The notes under the pieces: generated by a model
Databases searched by the model: none
Seen by the model: only the letters and a program-made list of their open reading frames with translations
Told to the model about the DNA's origin: nothing
Position numbers and translations under genes: made by a program
Assembly (NCBI GenBank): GCA_002269645.1
Contig: NIVC01002991.1
Location: 1-64,000, forward strand
Reading direction: 5' to 3'
Length of the DNA stretch: 64,000 bases
DNA from: Macrostomum lignano
Lineage: Eukaryota
In this document: positions 54,695-64,000 of the stretch, in pieces
How the letters are laid out: every line of letters starts with the position of its first letter
How positions within the stretch are numbered: position 1 is the first letter of the stretch

Positions 54695-55505
54695 GTACCT
54701 TTAGCTATACCTATAGTTTAGTACCATGTTATATTTGACTATAAATCTATCTTTTTAAAAGTGAATAAGTTATAAGCCTAATCTCATTCATTTAAAAAAA
54801 AACCTTTGTACTTTGCAGTATTAATGCCAATGGTATAAGGTAATAAAAAATGCTAAGCCTATACTATACTATATATCATATCTAAACTATTTACCAGCTT
54901 TGCTTTTAGTTAGTTGAAATTCATTATGAAAATAAAAGATACAGGGACAAATATTGAGTAGTCCATAATAAGATAACTATTTATAATAAGGTAAGATATT
55001 TATTTTAGTATATAAATAAAACTGTCAATATTTACATAGTACCAAGCAAATAATAATTTCCTAGATGATATCAAATATAAGTAAATATAAAATATATTTA
55101 AATCTGAAATAATCATTAATTCTACAAATTTTGAATCAAAAGACCTATTCCTATTTCCCTTTTTCCTTATAGGAAAAAGTTAAAGCTGCAGACAACATCC
55201 AACATGCTTTCAAAATTTTTCTAAAGTGCAATGCGCACAGCCTATGCACGCTGCCCTTTCCTGCTGGCTGCTGCTCTAGCAAATAAATATAAAACATGGA
55301 AGAGGGACTAATACCTTTGTAGAATGGGCTTATACACTTGTAATATCTTGTATAATGCTTAGAGATGTTCCAAAATTTGGATTTTTTAAGAGTGAACTTT
55401 GATTTGGAAGTCAAATTTTTGGAAGTGTGTAAAAGAGTGGCTAAAAATAAACTAATTTGTGCTATATATACATGTATTATATACATTATAATATATATTA
55501 GGATT

Positions 55506-55649
55506 TAGGTTAAGGATCTTAACCCTAAAAAGGCCCTATTGGCCCTATATTATTATATTAATATAGTATATTTATATAATTATATAATTATACTAATATA
55601 TTATAATAGGGCCAATAGGGCCCTTTTTAGAGTTAAGATCCTAAACCTA
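55506..55649. repeat. About 140-bp AT-rich foldback palindrome (MITE-like)
   Basis: TAGGTTAAGGATCTTAACCCTAAAAAGGCCCTATTGGCCCTATATT pairs with AATAGGGCCAATAGGGCCCTTTTTAGAGTTAAGATCCTAAACCTA. Confidence 0.8.
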
Positions 55650-55873
55650 TGGGGAATCTAAGACCCTAAGACTTTAGGATTGAGATCAAGATCCTATCTG
55701 ACCTTTTAAAAATTTAATTTTAAAAATTTAAGTATTAAAATTTATTAATACTTATTCAATTCCATAATAAATTATAAGCCAGATAAGATTGCAAGTCTTA
55801 TCTTATTGAAGAACTTGTTTAGGTATTGGTACTAGTAACCACATAATTGGTTCTTCATTTTTGAAAGAGTATA

Positions 55874-57492
55874 CAAGGGGTATAGTTTTGGCAATAGGGT
55901 ACTAAAATCTATTGCAAGCTCATTATTCTTAAAGTAAGGGTTTATAGTCCTTTTATGTAGTATCCACCATTAGAGGTCAGACGGGATCCCAATCCTGAAA
56001 TCTCGGGATCCCAAGGAAAATTGAATTCTTGCAGGACCAGAATCCCGACCATAAAAAACTCGAGATTCGGGAACAGGTCTTTCAATTAATAATTTATAGA
56101 ATTAGTGATTACTTAAAGGTATTTTGCTTTAACTTGTACTCGTTACATTATTTACTTTGTTGGTTACAAAACTTCATATCAATTTCATTGTGTTTTACTT
56201 CTTGATCTTGACAATCTTTTCTCAATTTTGTTTAACTTTACATGGACAATACACTAAAAGACCTGATCCCGATTCCCAAACCCCAATCCTGAGAAAAAAA
56301 TTATTCCCAATCCCGAACCTGCCCGAAGATTTCAATCCTGTCCAACCTTTATCCACCATGCTCTATGCACTTCTGATGCCTTGTAGCCACAAATCAAAGG
56401 TGCCGCAGTATTCTAATTCAGTGAATACCCTTAACTCTGAATTGATAGCGCATGCCAGGTCTTGCAGTCTTTGAAATTGGCACCTAGCCAGCCTCTCAGT
56501 CAGTTTTGAGAAGGCCCAGAAGTTGCACGGAGCCAAGTCAGGGCTATAGGGTAGGTGGCGAATGGTTTTTAGCCAGTTTTCCTCTAGACAAGCTGAAGTC
56601 ATCGCCACAATATGGCTTGATGCATTGTCATGGTGAAGGTGGATGCAACCTGACTCCAAGCATATGCATTGATTTTTCTGTACAAAATCAACAACAGCTG
56701 GTAGGGCAGTGCTGGTGTAGAAACTGGCATTCACATTCTAGCCTTTGGGCACCATGACAACAGCTACTAGGCCACAGATGCTGAAGAACACAATGAACAT
56801 CTGCTTGCACGAGCAAAATCCTAATTGCAGAACTGTTTGATGCTCTTTATCAGCACCAATCCAAACCTTATTCTGGCTCTTGTTGGGCACCTGGAAGTAG
56901 TAAAACCACTTCTTGTCACCAGTGACAATGTCAGAGAGGCACTTAGTGCTGCCAGAACCAAAGCAATGCAAGAACTCCTGACTGCAACAAACTCGCTCTT
57001 AGAGCTGCTCCTCAGTGAGCTGATGGGGCACCCAATGAGCTGTGATCTTCCTGAGCCCTAGCTGCTCATGCAGGATGGTAAAAATGCTGCCCTCAGATAT
57101 GTCAAGTGTCTGGCTCAGCATGGCAACAGAAATGTTTGGGTCCTCAACCACTAGCAATTGCATAGTGCCAATGTTGCTCTTGGTCATGGCTATGCTCGGC
57201 CTCCCAGATCGAGGGTCATCACAGAGGCTGCTCCTGCCAGTGCCAAAAGCCTCAATCCATTATGCAATGGTGCAATAAGATGGAGCCTGATCCCCTATCA
57301 CCTATGCTAAGTCGGCATGGATTTTGGTGGCATTTTCTCCAAGTTGTGCACACATAAAAATGTAGAAGCGCGTGTTTTCTGAGCTGTTATTTTCCATATT
57401 TTGTCAGAAGCTAAAATGTAGGTATGGTGTATTTTGCTTGAGCCAAAGTATATCTGCATATGCAGTTGCCAAAACTTTTTGAATGCCCCTCG
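55874..57492 (-). mobile_element. Defective mariner element with a transposase pseudogene
   Basis: TIR TA|CGAGGGGCATTCAAAAAGTTTTGGCAA at 57494-57466 and a decayed copy at 55872-55893. ATG at 57397. Motifs WVPHQLT, IVTGDKKW, HDNA, YSPDLAPCN (D34N), with stops and frameshifts. Confidence 0.9.
55971..56351. mobile_element. hAT-type MITE nested in the 3' end of the mariner transposase
   Basis: Imperfect TIRs TAGAGGTCAGACGGGAT / ATCCTGTCCAACCTTTA. 8-bp TSD TCCACCAT at 55963-55970 and 56352-56359. Removing it restores ...KCIEHGGYYIKGL*. Confidence 0.88.
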
Positions 57493-58074
57493 TAATATAG
57501 ATGATTAGTATTTTGATCTGTAGGCATGCACTAGACAAGGATGATACCAAAGAAGTTATAGCAAACAGTGAGTATTAGCTTCTTAGTATCCTTGTTTTGC
57601 TTTAGAAATGTTGGCCTAAAAAGTTAATAGAGCCTCTTGGCTACCACTGCATTCTGCAACTTAAGATTCTACTTGTAAAAGTAAGCCCATCTTGTCTAAT
57701 GTCATAATATACTACAAGAACTCATTGCCTTCTTGTCAAAAGCATCGCAATAGTTGTTTGGTGATGGCAACTTGTTGTCTCTTTTATAACTATTATGTCA
57801 GCCAAAGAGGGAAGACAGTAATAAGAAAAATTTGCAATGTTAATGATAAAAAGTATAAATAACTTAAGTGTGCAAGAAAGGATTTAAAAAATACTAGCTG
57901 CAGGGTAGCTGTGGTAGGCTTAACAACTGCAGACATTAGAGCAATGTCTATAGATCAATTGCACAAAATTTTAAGACACCCTTGTATATATATTTTACAA
58001 TATATTATATTATAAAAGTTATAAACAATATGATTTAAAAAGTAAAAAAAGTCTTAAAAAGTGCATAAAAAGTA

Positions 58075-59049
58075 CCTTAGTGCGTCCAAAAATTTCTTAG
58101 ACACCCCTCATATCTATGCATCTGTTCAATTGATTTTTATAAAAATTCACACAAACATGGACCTATATGTAATGAATTCAGTGCTTAAGTTTCAGCTTAA
58201 TCGGGTTGACAGAGCAAAAGCAATTGATCTTTTACTGAGGAACCTACAAAATTAGCAATATGATTTTAAACTCAATAGAATGTAAAAGTTAACGAGCAAA
58301 CAGTTCAAACTGACAAGTTTCAGAACTTCAAAAAACAGATCACCAATCGTGAAAATCTTCAGAAGAATCTTCATTCTGTCAAATGTACTTGTCATATCAC
58401 ATCGGCAACTCCTTAGTCCTCAATCCACGCTGACAACATATCCCTAGGTGTTGCTCTGATCAGCCCCTCAGCAGCAGTTTGCAGCTTGGCAAACCGCTGG
58501 TCTCTTGGACTCATTCTGCATGCTGAATCTGCTCTTGAACTCGTCTCCCAGAGCTGAAACTGCTGCCCTTTGTTGCAAGCAGACTTTGTATTGGCGATTC
58601 TTTTGCTGTTAAACCATCTGAGGCTGGTTCTGCATCTCAGCATCTGAATCTCTGCACACTCTGGCTATGTTGCTATGCTGCTTACTGCTTTGTTTTTTTG
58701 CTCTTTAATCTATGGCTAAACCTTCACAGCTTGTATTAGTATTGAATTAATTAAGGTATTTTTCAATACTCAGCGAAAGCAGTGATATTTTTCTGAATAA
58801 TTTTTATAAAAATGAGCTGCAATGTCACCACTGGAGTCCAGATTTGATTCTCTTCAAAAATCATATTGCTAATTTTGTAGGCTCATCAGTAAAAGATCGA
58901 TTGCTTTTGCTCTGTCAACCCAATTAAGCCGAAACTTTAGCACTGAGTTCATTACATATTGGTCTATGTTTCTGCATTTTTTCATCAAACTCAATCAAAC
59001 AGATGCAGAGATATGAGGGGTGTCTAAGAACTTTTTGGACGCACTAAGG
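58075..59049. mobile_element. Non-autonomous TA-flanked element with about 190-bp TIRs (Tc1/mariner-like)
   Basis: TA|CCTTAGTGCGTCCAAAAA... (58075-58263) and ...TTTTTGGACGCACTAAGG|TA (58861-59049). Arms are visibly diverged. Confidence 0.85.
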
Positions 59050-60040
59050 TATAAAATGTAACTTGGGTTTTTCAATTGGTAACTTGGTATTAAGATGCAA
59101 AATTGCCTGAGGTCTAATTTAATGATATTATTTAAAAATTTAGGATACTATAGCATCTCTATCATATAAAAAGCCTAGCTTAAAATAATATATGCAATAT
59201 ATTTGCTTCTAGGGTTTGCTACTCCCGACTAAAGACTATCTTTTCCTTTTACTGATATATAGCAGTTACCCCCTTTAATGCTTTTTATTATCAAATAAGC
59301 TATTTAATTTTATTAACTACTTAACTCTATTATTTGACTATTAAGAAATTTATAAATTTTTAATATAGGAAAAATAGGGTTAAGTATTTGATTTGAATAT
59401 CAAGTTAATTAAAGTACTTATGAGGATTCTAGTATAGGCAGTATAAAAATAAAAGCTATATAGTAGAAAGGGTCTTTAGATTTAAAGACCAGTTTTAGTA
59501 TATGGATATAGACATAGCATTTTCATAGAAAACTATTGCATTTATTAGGTAAAATTTAGGCCTTGCATATGTATTCTAATAATAAATAATTTATGTTCTA
59601 TATGCAAAATTTATCCATTTTATTAATCTTTAAATTTTTATATACTAGTTATAAAAATAATAATTATCCTTTAAATATTTCTGCTAAGAATTGGTGTCTA
59701 TGCTTTTTATTACTTACACTTTAGCACCCCAATTTGCTTAATAGCATACAACTTTTCTGTTCAAATTAATTCATGCATGTAGCATAAATTTATTGTTAAG
59801 TGCCAATCTTTGTTATTTACTTATTTTCTTTTATATACATACTATCAGTTTGGTAGTTAGTACCTTTTGCATTCTTGGCATCTTTTATTTGCCTCAGTGT
59901 CATTTGCTGATTTCCTAGTTTGGTCTCTCCTAGTGTGCTCAACTGTGCATAGCAAGAAGCTGTGTGCACCCTAGCATGCTTCAAAAGGAGACATTGTCAT
60001 ACAACTAGTACAAGGCATTACTGCTAATTCTACCAACTCC

Positions 60041-60212
60041 CATGTTTGGGCGCAACCTAGGGATTCACTCGGCCATTTTTATTGGCAACACACACATGTA
60101 AGTCGCTATTGGACAGAATAGTAGTCACGTGACTGCTCTCAGCCAATAGCGACTTACATGTGTGTGTTGCCAATTGAAACGGCCGGGTGATTCCCAAGGT
60201 TGCGCATGTATG
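60041..60212. mobile_element. Palindromic 172-bp MITE with 8-bp TSD (P-like CA...TG termini)
   Basis: TSD CCAACTCC at 60033-60040 and 60213-60220. Near-perfect hairpin centred on GTCACGTGAC. Right end GTTGCGCATGTATG is identical to the element at 9862-10119. Confidence 0.85.
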
Positions 60213-60551
60213 CCAACTCCCCTGAGCAGGCATACAAGTAGGCAGATATGCATATAGTATGACTTGTATTTACACTTTGCTATGCCTTGGGGGATTGGCT
60301 TTCAATGACATTAGTTGCATATATATAAATATTTAATAAATAACATAAATAAATATAATAAGTGCCTTATATAAGTGTATACATGCCTTAGATAGTCAAG
60401 AATTATATTTGTGTATATTTTGAACATAGTATATATGCATGTATGAAAATAAAAACTAAGGACTAGATTTTCATAATTGATAGTCGTGAACAATATGAAT
60501 CTGTCAAAACTTGGAAATTAAGTGCACAACATTCATTTCTGTTCACTCCAG

Positions 60552-62456
60552 AAGGAATATAAAGTAGTCGTGTTGGGCAGCGGCGGGGTTGGCAAGAGCG
60601 CCCTGACTGTTAAGTTTGTGTCCGGCAATTTTGTTGAGAAATATGATCCAACTATTGAGGACTTCTACAAGAAGCAGATCACGTGAGTTGACAATAAATT
60701 AATTGTGACGCAGTTCCACTGTTAATAAAGCTGAGTTATTTAGGGGTCGCATGGAAGGGGCTTGAGGTTTCTACCACTGTGCTATGCTATCCATTGAGCC
60801 AGCAAATCACGCAAGACTGATGTTATCACAGCTGGCATCAAGCTACATGTAGGTTTTGAACTTTTAGAGTCTTATTGTTAATTAGTCTTAAAGCTTATTA
60901 ATGCCACAGCATTTCAGAAATTCAGGCCTTGACATCTCAACAATTCCCCCATTATGAGCCTTGACATCTCAGCAATTCCCCCCATTATGAGCCTTGACAT
61001 CTCAGCAATTCCCCCATTATGAGCCTTGACATCTCAGCAATTCCCCCCATTATGAGCCTTGACATCTCAGCAATTCCCCCATTATGAGCCTTGACATCTC
61101 AGCAATTCCCCCATTATGAGCCTTGACATCTCAACAATTCCCCCCATTATGAGCCTTGACATCTCAGCAATTCCCCCCATTATGAGCCTTGACATCTCAG
61201 CAATTCCCCCCATTATGAGCCTTGACATCTCAGCAATTCCCCCATTATGAGCCTTGACATCTCAGCAATTCCCCCCATTATGAGCCTTGACATCTCAGCA
61301 ATTCCCCCCATTATGAGCCTTGACATCTCAGCAATTCCCCCCATTATGAGCCTTGACATCTCAGCAATTCTCCCATTATGAGCCTTGACATCTCAGCAAT
61401 TCCCCCCATTATGAGCCTTGACATCTCAGCAATTCCCCCCATTATGAGCCTTGACATCTCAACAATTCCCCCCTATTATGAGCCTTGACATCTCAACAAT
61501 TCCCCCCTATTATGAGCCTTGACATCTCAGCAATTCTCCCATTATGAGCCTTGACATCTCAGCAATTCCCCCATTATGAGCCTTGACATCTCAGCAATTC
61601 CCCCAATATGAGCCTTGACATCTCAGCAATTCCCCCTATTATGAGCCTTGACATCTCAGCAATTCCCCCCATTATGAGCCTTGACATCTCAGCAATTCCC
61701 CCCTATTATGAGCCTTGACATCTCAGCAATTCCCCCCTATTATGAGCCTTGACATCTCAGCAATTCCCCCCTATTATGAGCCTTGACATCTCAGCAATTC
61801 CCCCCTATTATGAGCCTTGACATCTCAGCAATTCTCCCATTATGAGCCTTGACATCTCAGCAATTCCCCCATGAGCCGTTTTTGATTGACAGTACGATAC
61901 TTGTAATGGTCGGACCCTAACCCTGCTGAGTCACTTGTATTGATTCTATCTAGTGCACTGTATAGTTGCGCAAGACAGCCAGCCACCCAGCCACCCAAAT
62001 GCTGATAATAAGGCAATTTATACCTGCCTCACTCTCCCCAGTGTTGACCAGCAGCCGGCAGTGCTGGAGATTCTGGACACGGCTGGCACGGAGCAGTTCG
62101 CCTCAATGCGCGATTTATACATAAAAAATGGCCAAGGCTTTGTTGTAGTCTTCAGCGTAACATCCATGCAGACGTTTCAAGATATACAGCAGTTGCGCGA
62201 TCAGATTAACCGAGTCAAAGGCCAATCCAACAGTCCCATTGTGCTGGTTGGCAACAAGGCCGACCTGGCCGATTATCGTCAGGTAGCGCCGGACATGGGC
62301 GAGAGTCTCAGCCGAGCCTGGTCGTGTCCTTACCTGGAGGCCTCGGCCAAGACTGGCTACAACATTGAGGAGGTATTCCGCGTGGCCGTCGGCGAGATGA
62401 GCGCCGTAGCCAAGGCCAGGTCTGGTGGATCCGGATGCTGCTGCGCCATTCTCTGA
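60552..62456 (+). CDS. RAP2: Rap2-like small GTPase (5'-partial; ATG exon not located)
   Basis: Exons 60552-60682 and 62042-62456 give [33 protein letters not shown] (Rap-type Thr61), NKAD, EASAK and a C-terminal CCCAIL CAAX box. Confidence 0.9.
60925..61870 (+). repeat. 32-33-bp minisatellite in the Rap2 intron
   Basis: GAGCCTTGACATCTCAGCAATTCCCCCCATTAT, about 29 copies, with a variable C-run. Confidence 0.97.
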
Positions 62457-62534
62457 CTGACTCTCGTGCACTCCCGTGTCTGCCTGTGCCCGCGTTGCTA
62501 TGAGCTTCTTCTAGAGTGATGTAGATTATGTTTA

Positions 62535-63145
62535 CAATCGCACCTGAAGCATTTGAGGGTGGTGTTTAGCATCGCACCTGAAGTATCTGAGGGTAGTGTT
62601 TAGCATCGCACCTGAAGTACCTGAGGGTGGTGTTTAGCATCGCACCTGCAGTACCCGAGGGTAGTATTTAGCATCGCACCTGAAGCATTTGAGGGTGGTG
62701 TTAGCATCGCACCTGAATTACCTGAGGGTGGTGTTTAGCATCGCACCTGAAGTATCTGAGGGTAGTGTTTAGCATCGCACCTGAAGTACCTGAGGGTGGT
62801 GTTTAGCATCGCACCTGAAGCATCTGAGGGTGGTGTTTAGCATCGCACCTGAAGCATCTGAGGGTGGTGTTTAGCATCGCACCTGAAGTATCTGAGGGTG
62901 GTGTTTAGCATCGTACCTGCAGTACCTGAGGGTGGTGTTTAGCATCGCACCTGAAGTACCTGAGGGTGGTGTTTAGCATCGCACCTGAAGTACCTGAGGG
63001 TGGTGTTTAGCATCGCACCTGAAGCACCTGAGGGTAGTGTTTAGCATCGCACCTGAAGTACCTGAGAATGGTGTTTAGCATCGCACCTGGTGTTTAGCAT
63101 CGCACCTGAAGTATCATGGGGTGGTGTTTAGCATCGCACTTAAAG
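62535..63145 (+). repeat. 34-bp minisatellite 3' of Rap2
   Basis: TTTAGCATCGCACCTGAAGTACCTGAGGGTGGTG, about 18 copies. Confidence 0.96.
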
Positions 63146-64000
63146 TACATGCTGATCTAAATATAGATTTTTGTCTTTAGAGTGGATAGTGAGTCAAAAG
63201 TCAGTGTGCACCGCATGCAAGAAAACGTTTCAATATTGAAATTGCACAGCGTTCCACCCTAAGCCGCATGCGCGGCAGACCGACGGTCTTTTATGCTTAA
63301 AAATGAAGCGAGCCAAGATTTGACTGGTTCGAGAGACTTGAAACTAGTTGCTAGGGCAGTATGGCGTCAGAAAATTTCCTTCACCTGTAAGACAATCCTA
63401 ACGTTGCGTGCGCATTTGATCCAGGGGCTTAAGAAGGAGCCTTGTTTGTAACTCGATTACATTAGTACGCTTTAATTGAGTGAGTCAGTGCGACAGAATG
63501 TCTATTTCATATAATGCACTATTAGTGTACAAATAGTATTAGAATTTTTCAAGGTGCGCACATTTTCTTTAGTCATTCTATTGGAAGCTCTGATGTGCAA
63601 GAATTTCCACTGTTGTAAACGTATGTGCCTTTTAAAATTATCAAGAGTAGTACCGCTTTATAAATATCTGCCTGTCTGTCTATCAAAGCTATAGGTTGAA
63701 GCCTTCCATTCCCAAAATTGTTGGTCAAATAATTACATAATCACGTTGCATGCATGCCTTGATTTGCTTTGTTTATTAAATTAGCAAACTTTAATATTCA
63801 TTTATGTCAGTTTGCTATCGTATAATAATGCCCTTTTACTCAATTATGTTAACCGGAGTTTCTCTCTTTTTAAGGGAGACATCCTCCAGACGATATCACG
63901 ATTGGAGAATAATTAGGCTTCTGTGTTCTGTTTAGGTATGTCATGTCTCCACCACCATACTCAGTTGCTGGGCCAGCCTCCCAGAGTGTCAGTTGCTGGG

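Noticed and set aside
60496-60522. Nearby ATG as the Rap2 start
   Set aside because: It hits TAA after 8 codons; the AG at 60550-60551 indicates an upstream exon that was not found.

Overview
Eukaryotic (animal) genomic DNA with spliceosomal introns, GC-rich exons and introns/UTRs filled with about 25 unrelated minisatellite arrays. This overall style resembles the flatworm Macrostomum, which is inference only. Six protein-coding genes can be assembled by hand: ACSS3-like acyl-CoA synthetase (+, 5 exons), HMX/NK5 homeobox (+, 2 exons), CSAD/GADL1-like PLP decarboxylase (+, 5 exons), an ankyrin-repeat TRPM-like channel (+, 9 exons), a secreted ADAMTS/reprolysin-like metalloprotease (-, 2 exons) and a Rap2-like GTPase (+, start codon not located). 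There is also a frameshifted THAP-domain remnant. The standout mobile element is an apparently intact 3.2-kb transposon with 254-bp TIRs, CAC...GTG termini and a 4-bp TSD, encoding a 671-aa RAG1/Transib-fold transposase (Chapaev-like). Other elements are hAT, mariner/Tc1 and P-like MITEs (one carrying a 28S rRNA fragment altered at the R2/I-PpoI site), a foldback in a CSAD intron and a tRNA-derived SINE. Several arrays interact with gene structure: inverted arrays around an ACSS3 exon, an in-frame splice-acceptor VNTR, an AG-free zone inside an array, and a stop-free in-frame intron splitting a zinc motif. A UAG-CUAG readthrough candidate is also present. All coordinates were read by eye; no searches were run.
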